From positions 274,040,001 to 274,104,000 of the forward strand of contig OZ024743.1 in assembly GCA_964016885.1 (NCBI GenBank): a DNA stretch of 64,000 nt, read 5' to 3'. Position 1 is the stretch's first letter; the number at the start of each line of letters is the position of its first letter. Below are positions 15,481 to 30,520 of the stretch, one piece after another. Position numbers and translations under genes: made by a program. Below the pieces are notes generated by a model. The model saw only the letters and a program-made list of their open reading frames with translations, ran no database searches and was not told the DNA's origin. Source of the DNA: Eledone cirrhosa. Taxonomy: Eukaryota.

Positions 15481-15658
15481 CAGTTAAACAGTTGGTTGTT
15501 ACGAATAATAACTTTGAAAGTATATGCATATTCATACATAAATATACACATACTATATATATAAATATATATTATTCGTGCATACATATGCGCACACAAT
15601 ATATATATATATATTAATTCAAAATATTAACAAAATAGATATTCTTGTGATCAATTAT

Positions 15659-15723
15659 ATTTTATTATACATATTTCAGAGGTACTGAGTTAAGTTCAAC
15701 AGTACGTCCTCATCAGATAAGAT
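15659..15723 (-). ncRNA. Type I hammerhead ribozyme, extended helix II class
   Basis: atcttat CTGATGA ggac gtactg..cagtac ctct GAAA tatgta TA ataaaat. Confidence 0.7.
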
Positions 15724-16534
15724 AAATGATACATGACATACCCTGACATAGTAGATGGTTAAGATTTAGTCATGGTAGCGATTATCTTATGACAAAACTC
15801 AATATGTATACCATAATATTGAGAACATGAGATAACATAATACAAACAATAGAGAGGATGCGTGTATTAGAGTTTAAGATATACATGGCATCGATATATC
15901 ACTTATAAAAATTCTTTTAATTTTTAAAAACTACTGGAGAAAGAGGAGGGAAAGGAAAACATAGAGGAAGAAACAGCTGATGTGATAATATATTTAGTAG
16001 GTGGCTTGTGAAAAAACAGATGAAAGATGATTAAAGAGAGAGAGAGACAAAGGGGAGTAATTTATGTTCAAGTTTATATACACAGATCTCCATATAAGCA
16101 ACACATGTCCAAAATAATATAGTTGGCGGTTAATTTTCAAAATATGTAATTTAAGTTATTTCAGGGTAATGAATATTATTTTAGGTTTTAAAAGTTAATA
16201 GGTATTTGTATTAATATTATAATATAATTATGTTTAATTTCTAAAATTCAAATTTTATGAAAATAAATTTAAAGGATTTACGAAACACGAGAAAGAAAAT
16301 ATATATAATGCTTTTATAACTTCACGAAGGTAATCTTTACCAAGATTATTTATAATATTGACAACAGTTTCTATAATATAATTTATAAAATAATTATAGT
16401 TATAATTATTAAAGAATTTATTGTTAAATAGTCCCTAGAGTATCAACCGGCCTAATAAATTAACATAAACAAGTCCGAATTTTCAACTCTATACATGTAT
16501 TGATACAAAAATACAAAGATTAGTTTATTGTGGA

Positions 16535-16715
16535 TTGGCAGTATCGGTAGAGGGTCGGACGCCATGCTTTCCAGCATAGTTACGTCCCTTTACGATCTGA
16601 GTTCAAATCCCGCCGAGGTTGACTTTGCCTTTCATCCTTACGGGGTCGATAAAATAAAGTACCAGTAATGCACTGGATAATTGCTGGCCTTGAGCCTAAA
16701 GTAGAAACAATTATT
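16535..16715 (+). mobile_element. tRNA-derived SINE (best copy; Meta/RUDI-like central domain)
   Basis: B-box-like gagttcaaatcc, core gactttgcctttcatcctt..ggggtcgataaaataaagtacc, tail ggccttg.gccta..tagaaa. Other copies near 8790-9000(-), 10700-10850, 21035-21180, 22195-22320, 31215-31270 and 47940-48060. Confidence 0.7.
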
Positions 16716-17573
16716 TGTTTATAATTGAGGTGATACCTTTCAAATATATATAATATAATACAATAATGCAATATAGTAAATAAGTTACTGAAAATATTGT
16801 TCAAATATATACATAGTTAAAAATGTTGTTAAAAATATTGCTGAAGAGTTAATGTTTTATATCAATTATTTTCATTTAGTTGACATATACTATAAAGATA
16901 TGTCAAAACTATATGAGTCCTAATGATAGGGGCTAGATACAAAATAAATATACAAATAAAAGGAAATGAATTGTTTGCGAAGCTTAAAGTTGCCGGATAT
17001 TAAAAATATATTATAAATGGAATAGAGTTTTAATATAGTATGGAAAAGATATATCTAAAATATTTTAGCGAATGCGATATAAAGAGCAGCTAAATATTTG
17101 AAAGAGCCGAAGGTAATCGAAATTTAATTAAAATAAAATAAAATAAAATAAGTTAAATTAAATTATATTATATTATATTAAGTAAATGATTATATAAGTT
17201 CGACCTTCCAGGGAATATCAAACACTTATAACAATATAAAGTCATTTGAGTGTCTAAATTATTTATAAATGTAACTACGATAATGTTATTACACTAGATA
17301 AAGATATTTGTACAACTATATAGAGATATTATTATAGGTATTAATGAAACGGTATACATTTAATAAAAAAAATAAAAAATAATAATTATAACCATTATTA
17401 GTAATGCTATAAATGTAGTTTTACCTCCAGTTCAGTGGAGAGATAGGCTATTATGGTTTGTTATATTTATACCTAGATATACATAAAAGCAAATGCTGAC
17501 GACTGAAAACAGATATATCTGCTTTCAAGAAACCACTGGTAAATGAAATAATTATCTTATGTTGTTTATTACA

Positions 17574-17662
<89 letters not shown>

Positions 17663-17981
17663 ATATACATATATATATATATATGTGTGTGTGTGTATGT
17701 ATGTATATGAATATATAAATACATACACATTGAGAGTCGGAACGATAGAATTAATTATATAATATACATATATACATATGTGTTTTTCATTATTATTCTT
17801 CCTATTTGCTTCATTCGTATACGACGTACCAATTACCTGTTGTGTCTTAGTGCACTCCCAGTGATTAAATACCTCACTCAGGTGAACTACTATCGTACTA
17901 CCTATCCTAAAATCATACGCATCCAACTATAATATATATTTGTAAATGTAGATATAGGTAGAGAGAGGAGCTTGAGTACGT

Positions 17982-18044
<63 letters not shown>

Positions 18045-18486
18045 AACGTGTGTGTTATGACGTATGCTTGTATGTAATATATATGCATATCGATAGATAG
18101 ATATGAATATTTATAATGGTTTAAGCTCCAATAAATTTCTGTTTAAAACTGAACTGACAGTTGTGTATTGAGTTTGATAACAAAGTAGATTGTTTTAATA
18201 GATTTCCAAGATTGAGTGAACAAGTGAAATGCAAAACAGGAGGAACGAGACATAATATGAATAAGACAGAAAGTGGAAATGAGAGTGGAACAGTGAAGGA
18301 AGCAAGAATATCATTGATGTACATAAACATGATAATATTGAAAATTTGGACAGAATCTTTTAGAATTTACGCATAAAAAAAGAAATACAACACAGCTCCA
18401 CTGTTGTATGTGTGGATTCATTAATTCATGTGATTTTAATATATTTTCACAGTCTAACAGCACATTATATAAAAAGGTAGAAAACA

Positions 18487-18579
<93 letters not shown>

Positions 18580-18586
18580 AGAGAGA

Positions 18587-19745
18587 TTGTTATACTTTGG
18601 CAGTGTCATGCTGCCAATAAAAACACACGCACTTGCTGTTTTCCACTTAAATTTCCGGTTGGTTTGTGGAGGAGAGAACAGAGGGGACACACAAAATAAA
18701 AGCCCAGTCACTGAGGAAGACAGAGAATGTGTGACGAAAGAGCTTTGACAATATATAAACAACCATCCAGTTATCGAACCAACCAGCCAACAGGAAATCT
18801 ATCATCAATTGAAGTGAAATCTAAGAAGTGCGTGTGTTTCTTATTGGTAGCATGACCCTCCCAAAGTATAACAATATCTGTTTCAACACACATTTTCAGA
18901 TAAGAAATCTTGCAAAACAAATTCATAAACGAAGTATATATGTATAGGTATGTATATATATATATATGTATATATATCGTTTCTGAATTTGTTTAGCAAG
19001 ATTCTTTATCTGAAAACGTGTGTTGAAACCGATATTGTTATACCTTGGGAGAGTCATGCTACCAATAAGAAACACACGCACCAGTTTCTTCCACTTCAAT
19101 TTATTATAATAAATTTATAAATTTAGGAATTGATAAATTTCCGGTTGGTTGGTTGGTTGCACAACCAGATGGTTCTTTATATATTGCCAAAGTTCTTTCG
19201 TCACACATTCTGTGACCTCTTCAGTGACTGGGGATTCTTTTCTTTCTTTTTTGTGCCTCTCCTTTGTTCTGTCCTACGCCAACTTGTTTTTGTGTGTGTG
19301 TTGTGTGCTTAGTTTGCGCATCTGTTACATCCGGGTGTCTGCGTGTGTTTATATTCGTTTATTTATTTGTTTATTTACATGTTACGGGTTGGTTGTTTGT
19401 TCTATGTGCGTGTGTGTTTTCATTTTGTCCTTAATTGTAAGTTGTGATGTTGCTGTTCCACTCATGTTTTCTATTTAATTTTGGTTGTAATTCATTTATG
19501 TTTATTGCCTCTGTGGTTTGTCTAAAGAGGTACAAAAAACAAAGAAAAGAATCCCCAGAAGAGGTCACAAAATGTGTGACGAAAGAACTTTGACAATATA
19601 TAAACAACCATCTGGTTGTGGAACCAACCAACCAACCGGAAATTTATAAATTCCTAAATTTATAAATTTATTATAATAAATTGAAGTGAAAGCAACTGGT
19701 GCATGTGTTTCTCATTGGCAACATGACCCTCCCAAAGTATAACAA
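18587..19745. mobile_element. Cluster of family A pLTR fragments in alternating orientation
   Basis: + pLTR ~18670-18932; - pLTR with GIY-YIG tail (LFRQTTEAININELQPKLNRKHEW) ~18978-19530; + pLTR ~19533-19745; bounded by (TA)n/(GA)n. Confidence 0.88.
19185..19229 (-). ncRNA. Minimal hammerhead ribozyme (family A pLTR)
   Basis: gtca CTGAAGA g gtcaca-gaatg-tgtgac GAAA gaac TT tggc. Confidence 0.75.
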
Positions 19746-21184
19746 TATATATATATATATATATATATAATGAAGACCAAAATAGGGTTTCAAAAATGCG
19801 ATGATTGACCTTTTGGTTAATTAACTTTCTCTATTAATGTGTAAAGTAATTCTGTTTATTTTTATATTTTTGTTTACTTTAACCGGTTTCAGTCTTTCGA
19901 AATCAAATTTTTCCTTTTCCGTTTTTTTTTTTATCTTACATATTTGGTCGTTTGTGTACGTGCTGAAATCAAGGGATGCCATTGGTTTAATCACTGTCGC
20001 TTATGTTGTGTTGCGAATATGATACATAACATGGGGTTTCATTTTTAAGTATTGATTTTTAAAAATTGGAGTTTTGATTTGTATTTACTAATGAAAAATA
20101 TGTCCCTACTAATCCGTTTTAATATACCATTTTGGAAAAATAGGCATTTCACTCCGAAGAGGAATGCATTTCACTGTCAATAAATCAGTCACTCACACAC
20201 CAGAAATATGCCTCTACGCCAACATATCGAGGAATGTGGAGGACGAAATCTGCCAAATTTCGATATCCTCCATTTCTACGAATGTAGTGAACAATTTTTC
20301 CAAAAGAAAGCGCATTAGTAAGGAACGATTTTACATAAGTACATTCAAACCAAAATTCTATTTTTTACAGACATTTTTCTTATTTAAATAAAAGACATAA
20401 TCCAACTTTAATTACGCCCCTTTTAATGGACCATATTCTCCTCTATATAATCGGTCATCATCTTGTGAAACGCAGGTCTGCGCCCATCAAACATATCTAT
20501 CATCAAATCATTCCAACCCTTGCATACTCAATTTCTCAAACACAGTGAACACATTATACAATGCGTCTTTCCTTTGTATGTGAGTATAGTGTAATTTAAT
20601 TTTAGCTTCTACGTTTAGCAGGTCAAACCATATTCTAACGTCTCCTTTGCTGATTTATTGGTTTGAATGTTGTTGTTTAATCCCATGATGGAATACACTA
20701 ATTACATTGATCAAATATCTCATATATATCTAATGTTATAAAAGTTGAAGTGTACACTACATCAGTCTAAATTACGAGTGACTTGCTTTTTATTACACAT
20801 CTATATTTAATGCATGCATACTTGATATTGTACTTTTACCATTTCAAATGTAACTAGAGATTATGGCTTATATGATCAAAACTAGAAGTAATAAACGTGA
20901 AAACATAAGCTTGAAAACATAAGCTTGAAAACGCTAAGCCGAAAATGTTTCTGCTGATTTGAGATTTAAAATTATTGCTGCTTGAGAATCATATCTAAAT
21001 ATTATGTACTACTTTTAGTAGTGTCTTAAAAGCCATGAATTGGCAGAACTGTTACAATGTCGTATAGAATGCATGGAGTATTCGTTGAGTCCCTTGGAAT
21101 CTGATCCCAAATCGCCGAAATTAGGTTTACTTATCTTTTAGGGATCGATAAATAATGTAATGTATCAAACTTGTACTGAAATCG

Positions 21185-21250
<66 letters not shown>

Positions 21251-23107
21251 CTTTACACCTTAGACAAAATCGGATATGGCGATACCTGGAGAGAAATGCA
21301 CTCCTCCATGTTTATAAAGGCTTAAGAGGCGGTGTGTATCATGATGGCGCCCAAAGACACCTTCAGTACTTCAAGACACTTAATTTAGATTCCATATGAA
21401 ATAGATTCATTTCTGTATATATTAGAAATATGCAGCAACTGCCATATCAAGTCCACGATGGAGTATTTATGTACTGCAGTCTCATGTGAGAAACAGCAGC
21501 CGAATATCTCTCAAACCAAATTATACCACATTCAAGAAGATTGAAAGGGTTAACCGATGACGTTTTGAAATATAGAGAATGGGATAGGCACTTTGGGACG
21601 ATTCTGCTACAGGGCACATGTTATTAGCATGAACGAAATATTGTCTGTCCAGTGGTTTGACATGTTCAAATTATAGCGGATATTTTTCTTTTATTTTATA
21701 TCAGTCTACTGTCTTTAACATATTAATTATACAATAAATGCTATGGCTCATCTTTACCACTACGACTTCTACTACCGGTAAAAATCTAAAGTAAATATTC
21801 CACTTTGTATTCATGTCTATATCCGACAAAGACAATATCCACAATAACAATCAATGTACAAAAATACATTTTAAACAAGTTTTTGTTAAGAACAATATCT
21901 CAATTTGAAAAACAATTCATAATTTTGAATACTTGGTAGTTTGCAACTACAGCAGTAATTTCAGTAGAAAATCGAATTATCCATACGTGCTTCAAAATAG
22001 AATTCCTTTCATTACTCTTATAAAGACTATTGATAGGAATTTAAAAAAAAACGTTATAAGATATGTGTAGAGGGATTCAGGCATTGCATTGTGATATTTT
22101 CAATGGTATATGCAATGACAAGTTTTATCTCCTATTATTTAATGTATTATAATTTTACGTAAGGGTGGTAGGTTGGCAGGATCGTTAGAGTGGCTGCAAT
22201 ATTACAATATCGCATTTTGTAACGTCCCTTTACACTTTGAGTGCAAATCGCATCACAGTCGAATTTCTTTTCGTCCTTCTGCGGTCGATGAAATAAAGTT
22301 CCGGTCAAGCACTAGGATTTATATATATTAAACTCTGCCTTGCACCGTTATAATAATTCAGTATTTTGTTTATTCGTACCTGATTCGAGATGTTTTCTTT
22401 CATCCTTCCTCTAACGATAAAATTAATACCATCCAAATACTGGGGTCACTAAAGTTGGCCATATTCTCATCACACGTTTGCGCCTCTGTGCCTATATAAG
22501 AAATCGTGTTCTCATTTGCCCACTACACTTAGCTGTTAGGTTGTCTGGCGATTGACGATGAATTATACGCAGATGATAAAATAACGGTATTACACAAGAA
22601 TCTGTGTATATACCATTACCATCATTTAATATACATGGTCAACTGATCATGTATAGAAAATTCAGAGTTACTAGTACATTGTTAGAGGACTAATGAATAT
22701 AGTAACAGTTATTGTTGTTGTTATCGTATAGTCAACCTTGATCGAGCCAGACCTCTGATTAAAGGTTTTCCTACTGTAACCATTCTACTATATTTTCCGA
22801 AATAATGAAATTTAAAACCACATTATTCAATGTCTATTGTTACGGTAAGAGAGAAATTAAGGTACTCCTTCTAGCAGATCGTTCTACCACATAAGGTCCA
22901 CCCTTATTTCTATACATTATAATTAGTTTACTTGATAATATAATTTGCAAGCTATCTTGCAAGAAACACCTGGTGCGCAAAATGATATACATTGATATAA
23001 ACGACAAACCTCCTTTAAAATTACTAGTAACAAATGTAATATTGTTTGAACGCATTCTTTTTAAATAGCCCCCCTCCCCCCGCTGTCTTTCTCTTTCTTT
23101 CTCTCTT

Positions 23108-23138
<31 letters not shown>

Positions 23139-23149
23139 AGAGAGAGAGG

Positions 23150-23229
<80 letters not shown>

Positions 23230-23290
23230 CATAGAAACATATATACATCCATATATAAGAAATTTACATCCCACAATCACTACCCACTTA

Positions 23291-23342
<52 letters not shown>

Positions 23343-23684
23343 AAGTAGCTAGTCAGAGAGAAGGATGTATCTTTGATCTATGCTATTCTATAAATATATA
23401 TATTCCCAATTCTCTGTCCAACTCCATAAATATTTATTTTGCCTTCATGAGTAATTTTTGATGTCGCTTCTAATGTCAGTCACAAAGGAGAGGACACTTT
23501 TCATATTCCGTGCCTATTTTCTGCAGCCTATTTTTACAATGAACATTCAATAATAATTTCCCTTCTCTCTTTATACACTGCCAAAAACCTCATCTACTTT
23601 TTTTTCTTTTTCCTTTTGAGGAACGCAATATATTGTTCACTTCCGTATTGATAAAATAATAGATATATGGATTGGCGAACGCCT

Positions 23685-23780
23685 GTACAAGGGTGGGCTG
23701 AAAGGTGCATAGGCAGGCTATGAAGGAGTTATGTTAGAGCTGAGAAATATTGCGTACATTGACTGTTTCTTTCCAATGAT
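23685..23780 (+). mobile_element. Possible Tc1/mariner terminal fragment
   Basis: tacaagggtgggctgaaaggtgcatagg resembles mariner TIRs (TACGAGGG..TGAAAAG); no partner TIR found. Confidence 0.3.
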
Positions 23781-24540
23781 TATGCAGAAAATAAACCTTA
23801 TTTGTGAATATCTTGATCAGCCTATTTCTTCCGTCCTTCGTAATTACAAATGTAGAACATTGACACTTAATATACAAAATACATTATATATATATATTGT
23901 CATAAAAGCTGAAGTTTCTCGAAATATAAGTTTCTCGTTCCTGATTAATAAAGCGATTGAAGTTGGTAAGCAGTGAAACATTCTAAAACCAACATTATTG
24001 GTAAATGTGTCGAATTATTTTTAGTCGTTGTTAATTCATTGGTTTTGAAAAGCAGTTGGTAAAGTTGCATGTGAACATGTAGCAGAGATGGAAAGCAAGG
24101 TTCGGCTGTGAGAGGGTAAAGAAGCTGGCTATAAATGAAAAGATATTACAGCGAGTGTTTCAGCAGTGTATACGACCAGGTGGCACCTAAATGAGAAGTG
24201 GGGAAATCTAAGTACAAGAAGTCTACATTTAAAGAATATGATGGGTGGGGTGGGAAAAAATATGGATGACGGCATCATAAATACGGTTCGGAATAAAAAG
24301 AAGAATAAGGTGCTCCAGGGTAAATGTGGTAAGGTTAAAGGGCCGATCGTGGTGTAAGCGGCCTGAGTATGGTTAACTTCACGGGAGTGAGGGAGCGCAG
24401 CATGGATTAAGGCGTGGGAGGGGTTATATAACCTCAATGAGGCGAGAGACCTTGTTTTTGAATTATTTATAATCATGTTAGCAGGTAAACGTCTGGCGCG
24501 TATACATGTCGTTCTATATATATTTATATATACATGTCGT

Positions 24541-24628
<88 letters not shown>

Positions 24629-25239
24629 CAGAAGAGATTGTTTTGATAAAAACAGGACCAAGTAGGAGAAATTTCTCACCATTCGTAGTTACGATGGAGA
24701 TTCAGTATAATAATAACATTAACAAAGATGGTGATGTTACATAAATCGTTTATTCATTATAATTATTTCAATGGTTCTCCCATGCAATCAATAGGTAATT
24801 CATGCATGTTGTTGTTGTTGTGAGAACGGTATCCTCAGATGAAATTTGATTTTGTGATATGCTGCCGGCAGAGAAGAACACGCGTCCTTTTGCTCGTGCG
24901 TCCAGCAGGCATATGTCTGTATATATATATATATACAAATACACCTACATCATACATACATATATGCATATATGAGGGAGAGATAGTCGAAGCGAGTGGA
25001 TATGGAATAACAAATAATATGGAATAGAAAAGGTAACCTTGCGGTTTTTATCTATTTCTGGTCATGCAAAAAATGAAACCTTTCAAATAAATATTTGGGA
25101 ACGAATACAACAGTTCACACTGGTTTGTTTCATTTCAAAAATCTTATTTCGTAATTGAATTTTGATATGCACCCCTCAAAATGTTATTATCGTGAAAAGT
25201 TACAACTGAAATATCAATATACCATATAAGCGGTATTTT

Positions 25240-25379
<140 letters not shown>

Positions 25380-25510
25380 TTCACACATACACATTATTTA
25401 TATATATGTATATATTTACACACACACATATATATATATATAAATTATAAATTCAGGAGCGAATGACATATGTAGAAATATATCTGCATATGCATATATA
25501 TATATATATA

Positions 25511-26270
25511 TTGTTATACTTGGGGAGGGTCATATTTGTGTAATATTGCCAGAATTAATAACAGAACACACTCACTGTTTGGTTGGTTTTCGCTTTTCGC
25601 TTCTGTGTCTTTTATATCGGTAATCTAATTTATTCGGTCCTCAATGTTGCCATTGACTGACCAACGGTCAAAAATAATACAGATACAATATAGACACAAA
25701 CACATATATATAGTTTATCAAAGTTCTTTCGTTGCACATCTGCAACATCGTCAGTGGTGCTATTGTTTCCTCCCGTTACATTGTATTTTCTACGCCATCT
25801 TTATTTAGTCTGTTTATATATTTATTTATTTGTTTATTTTATTTTGTCTTCATTGCGCATGCGTTTGCGTGTGTGTATAGTGTTTTGTTTGATGTGTGTT
25901 CGTGATTGGGTTACTGTGTATTGCTTAATGTATTCTGTCTTTACTAGTGTGTGTTTATATGTGTTTGTTGTTATTGTGCTTGTGTATGTATTTATTTATT
26001 TATTTATCTATTTATTTATTTATACTTCTCTTAGGTCAGATAGGCAAATCAGATAGGCAAATCAGATAGGCAAATCAGAGAGGCCAGTGAAATAGAACTT
26101 AGAAGGCCAAGGCTAAACAGAAAGAATGAATGGAATAACAACAACACCCAAACAAACAACACTGACTTAAGAGAAGTATAAATAAATAAATAGATAAATA
26201 AATAAATAAATAAATACACAAGCACAATAACAACAAACACATATAAACACACACTAGTAAAGAAAGAATA
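25511..26270. mobile_element. Family A-related PLE 3' end with inverted pLTR
   Basis: - strand pLTR carrying ATGACCCTCCCAAGTATAACAA and an HHR; + strand GIY-YIG tail RQIREASEIELRRPRLNRKNEW (26065-26133); inverted arms ~25940-26040 and ~26160-26262. Confidence 0.8.
25717..25758 (-). ncRNA. Minimal hammerhead ribozyme (family A-related pLTR)
   Basis: acca CTGACGA t gttgca-gatg-tgcaac GAAA gaac TT tgat; helix II covaries with family A; one mismatch in helix I. Confidence 0.72.
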
Positions 26271-26422
26271 TTTGAGCTATTTATCTTACTGGTAATAAGG
26301 TAGTAATAAATTACTGACCTTCACTGTTTGAGGTTTAAAATATACATAACTATAAAAAGTCTAAAATACACATAACCATAAATAGTATCCTGAATCGTAT
26401 ATATATACATATTTGGAATAGG

Positions 26423-26750
26423 ATGAAACGAAATTTCTTTTCTCACTCTTAGTACGGCACTTACTTAAATGTAAATATGTATGTATGTATACGTACATAC
26501 ATATATGTATACAGACGTACAGTAGTATGTATATATACATACATGCACACATATATATATGCACGTATCGTTTAACCGAACATTTATTATAACGTAATTC
26601 GGTCTGTTTGTTTACAAACAAACAAACCGAGCATTATAATAAATGTTCGGTAAACCGTTACCTGCATATATATATGTGTGCATGTATGTATATATATACA
26701 TACTACTGTACGTCTGTATACATATATGTAGGTACGTATATATACATATT
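26423..26750. mobile_element. Family R fold-back fragment lacking the HHR
   Basis: Arms ~26490-26592 and ~26634-26740 are reverse complements and match the family R unit. Confidence 0.75.
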
Positions 26751-26790
26751 TGTATATGTGTATATATATGTGTATATATATATATGTATG

Positions 26791-26900
<110 letters not shown>

Positions 26901-27029
26901 TAAGGTAATGAATTCTTTTACAATGGAATTAGCTCGAAGGAGGAAAATACCCACTGAGCCGTATATATATGAATGTATGTATATATATATATATGTATGT
27001 ATGGTTATATGAATGTATAGATATATATA

Positions 27030-28864
27030 AGCAAGAGGCAGACCACCTACCATTACCTCAATAGCCAAGAAAACGGACACAGATATATGGAACAGGTGGA
27101 CCAGAGCCATACGGACACCCGAAAACCACGATGAACTAAAGAAAATGATTGCACATGCGGTGGGGGCCAGCATAAAATTAACTCTTAAGGAACATATGTT
27201 CAAATTTAATGGAAAAACATATGCCCAAGTGGAAGGAGCAGCCATTGGTGTTAGCATTGCAGGCGACATAACTAACTTATTCATGGTATGGTGGGAGAGT
27301 AGACTTAAACTTAAACTTAAAGAACAATTAGAAGACCTCTTAACCATGATAATGTACTCCCGCTACGTTGATGATATAAACATCGTAGTTAAGACACCCC
27401 CACTAGAGAACAGTCAGGAACTAGAGAAAAACACAATGGAAAGCATCCAGCAAATAGCTAACTCCATCCGCCAGAGTATTAGAGTTACTATACACTACCC
27501 AAGTAAACACCCCAATCATCGATTACCTGTACTAGACACAGAGCTCTGGTTAGATACCATTAATAACAAAAAACAAATCCTCCATTCCCATTATGCCAAA
27601 CCCATGACTTCCAAATATCTGATCCACCGAAACTCAACTGTTTCGGACCATACCAAAATGAACATACTGATTGCGGATTTGGTACTGGTGATGAGAAACG
27701 TGTCCCGCATGTGCAACCCCGAAGAACTAGAGAGACACATACAACACTTCATCCACCGTATGCAGTTCTCTGGTTACAATCAGAGAGATAAAATCAGAGT
27801 GTATAGAGGAGCCAGAACCAAATGGGGAAAAATGGTAAATAATGACACAAATGGGACCTGCCCCTTGTATAGGAGCAAATTTTGGAATAGAATAGAAAGA
27901 ACTAGGAATAAAGCTAATAGAGTAAACTTATGGTATGATAGCAATAAATACCCCTAGAGGTGAATTAGCTTACAAATTTAGAAGGGCCCTAGATAAACAT
28001 AAACTCAATATTAAGATAGTAGAAAGACCAGGTACCTCCGTAAAAACACTTATTAGCAAGACATACCCTTTTCAAAGACCCCCCTGTATAGATAAGAAAT
28101 GTATAACCTGTAAATTAAGCTCCCATATTAACTGTAAAACTAGAAATGTAGTATATAGCATAAGATGTACTGAAGGACAATGTAGAGACAAAAATATAAT
28201 ATACATAGGTGAGACAGTTCGTAGTGTAGGGGAACGGATAAATGAACACTGGCGAGACCTTTAAGATAGTAAATAATCATCTGTACTCTACCAACATGCT
28301 AAAATACAACTAAGGGTAAATTAGAGAACATAGAAATAAAAATAGAATCTACACACAGAAAAGACGCAATGTTTAGACAAATCACAGAGGCAATAAACAT
28401 AAAAGAATTACAACCAAAATTAAATAGAAAATATGAGTGGAACAGCAACATCACAACTTACAAATAAGGACAAAATGAAAACAGACACACACATAGAACA
28501 AACAACCAACCAGTAACATGTAAATAAACAAATAAATAAACGAATATAAACACACACAGACACCCGGATGTGGGGCATGTGCAGACTGAGCACACAACAC
28601 ACACACAGAAAAAAAATGGCGTAGGACAGAACAAAGGAGAGGCACAAAAACAAAGAAAAGAATTCCCAGTCACTGAAGAGGTCACATAATGTGTGACGAA
28701 AGAACTTTGACAATATATAAACAACCATCTGGTTATGGAACCAACCAACCAACCGGAAATTTATAAATTCCTAAATTTATAAATTTATTATAATAAATTG
28801 AAGTGAGAGCAACTGGTGCGTGTGTTTCTTATTGGCAACATGCCCCTCCCAAAGTATAACAATA
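27030..28864 (+). mobile_element. Penelope-like element family A, 5'-truncated, complete GIY-YIG region and pLTR
   Basis: ORFs 27145-27957 (GAAIG, YSRYVDD) and 27935-28264; C-terminus RQITEAINIKELQPKLNRKYEW; highly similar to the 824 copy; ends in (TA)n. Confidence 0.93.
28669..28711 (+). ncRNA. Minimal hammerhead ribozyme (family A pLTR)
   Basis: gtca CTGAAGA g gtcaca-taatg-tgtgac GAAA gaac TT tgac. Confidence 0.8.
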
Positions 28865-29184
28865 TATATATATAGATATATGTATGTATGTGTATATATG
28901 TATTTATGTATATATATTTGTATGTATTTATATATTTGCCTATATATCTATATATCTATTTGTGTGTGTTTATATGTATATATGTTTATCCTACCGCCTT
29001 ATAAATATATGGAAACACTAGATATAATTTTCCAAATGTGTGCAATCTCCGAGAGTATGTGAATATTGGCATTTTTAAAAGCTAGTTCCTTATAACTCAT
29101 TCAAACCAGGTTTCTTCTGGAGCTGAACATAGCAACATATAAGATTATTTTATATTTGCAAAGTTTTTACTTTTCTAATTTCAG

Positions 29185-29388
29185 GAGATTCCTTCATCGG
29201 GTCTTGAAAAATGGTACAATCTTGAAGGTCGATCCTCTAAATCAAATATCCAAGGAGAAATACAATTGAAATTGTGTTTAACAACACGTGAGGATCGCGG
29301 AATCCCCGAAGATGATAATTGGACTGATATGAAACAACATGAGGATCTCATTTGTATTTTTATCGAATACCGCGTCCGAACATTGCAG
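29185..29388 (+). CDS. BAIAP3: Internal coding exon (204 bp, phase 0/0) of a BAIAP3/Munc13-4 (UNC13D/staccato)-family gene
   Basis: Acceptor ttttctaatttcAG and donor CAG|GTAAGA. Translates EIPSSGLEKWYNLEGRSSKSNIQGEIQLKLCLTTREDRGIPEDDNWTDMKQHEDLICIFIEYRVRTLQ, resembling the end of BAIAP3 C2A (EVP..G.DRWFKLEPRSS.S.VQG..HL.LKL.T), recognised from memory. Confidence 0.85.
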
Positions 29389-29612
29389 GTAAGACGCATA
29401 TTCATACTGCTCTTCCTCATAATTAATTTGTTCTTTTATTCAGTCAGTACCCTACGACCATGCAGAAACCTGAAACTATTTTAGACAATTGTATCTATCT
29501 CTAGTTATTTTCCTAATGCCTGATATATCTTATATCGATTGGCACTTTCAGTTAAGAGTACTGTTCATCATGAAACTAAAAGTTGCTACAGAAAAGGAAA
29601 AATAAACGTGTC

Positions 29613-29646
<34 letters not shown>

Positions 29647-29915
29647 TTGAGTGTGTGTGTGCAAAAGGTAAACAGAAATAGCAAAAGTAACAAAATAAAC
29701 GGCACAGTACACGGAAGAAATTTATTAGTTTAGCGCTTGAAATAGCAGGAAGACACCCATAACGTTTCGGACACTAGTGCTTCGTCACAAGATACAGTTA
29801 GGAACAGAAAATAAATATAAATTAAAGAGTGATAAGAGAAAGGATCGAGTTGAGTGTGTGTAAAGAAAAGATATTCTACATAATTCCAACTCGAGGCATT
29901 GATCTTCCTGAGGCT

Positions 29916-30051
29916 ATGGTAACAGAAACTTATCAAGTTATCATAAATTGTGACTAAGCTCGAAATAATATCTCTGCGAATCAACGTATACAGCTACACC
30001 TGATGCCCGAGTCTCTCTCCCTCTCTCCCCCTCTCTCTCTCTTTCTCTCTT

Positions 30052-30116
<65 letters not shown>

Positions 30117-30279
30117 ATGGATATATATCCATATATCCATATATATATATATTTACATATATATATATAGAGAGAGAGAGAGGGGGGGAGAGAGACTCGG
30201 GCATCAGGTGTTGATTCGATGAGATATTATTTCGACCTTAGTCACAATTTAGGATAACTTGATAAGTTTCTTTTACCAT
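29916..30279. repeat. Fold-back centred on (CT)n(TA)n(GA)n
   Basis: Unique arms 29916-30015 and 30195-30279 are imperfect reverse complements. Confidence 0.85.
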
Positions 30280-30280
30280 A

Positions 30281-30520
30281 TAACCAGTTTAGAACTAGAC
30301 ACACCATTAGTTAGCAGTGTACTCGATACTTGAGGTAGTAGAGTATGGCTATACTATAAAAAGTCGGGACCCGACGGCTGACCTCTTGTTTTAACAGACT
30401 CCGGAACAAGCTTTTGAAACGGCAAAAGCTAGGCCGGCGTGTCCTGAATCATTATAGTATAGCTATACTCTACTATCGCACGTATTGTTGAGTAATGGTC
30501 TAACTAGTTTTAAACTGGTT
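30281..30520. mobile_element. MITE-like element with ~75-bp imperfect inverted termini
   Basis: aaccagtttagaactag..gtagtagagtatggctatactataa versus ttatagtatagctatactctactat..ctagttttaaactggtt. Confidence 0.6.

Larger units (their letters stand above)
15630..17575 (-). mobile_element. Probable 3' remnant of a Naiad-like PLE (AT-rich UTR plus HHR), with a SINE inserted
   Basis: HHR closely similar to the 57670 motif at the left end of an AT-rich block bounded by (TA)n; no coding remnant recognised. Confidence 0.5.

Noticed and set aside
19875-19910. GAAACCGGTT resembling the family B HHR
   Set aside because: No recoverable core or helix II upstream.
26036-26080. Short (taggcaaatcaga)x3 repeat as a CRISPR-like array
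   Set aside because: No spacers; it is slippage at a PLE inversion junction in eukaryotic DNA.
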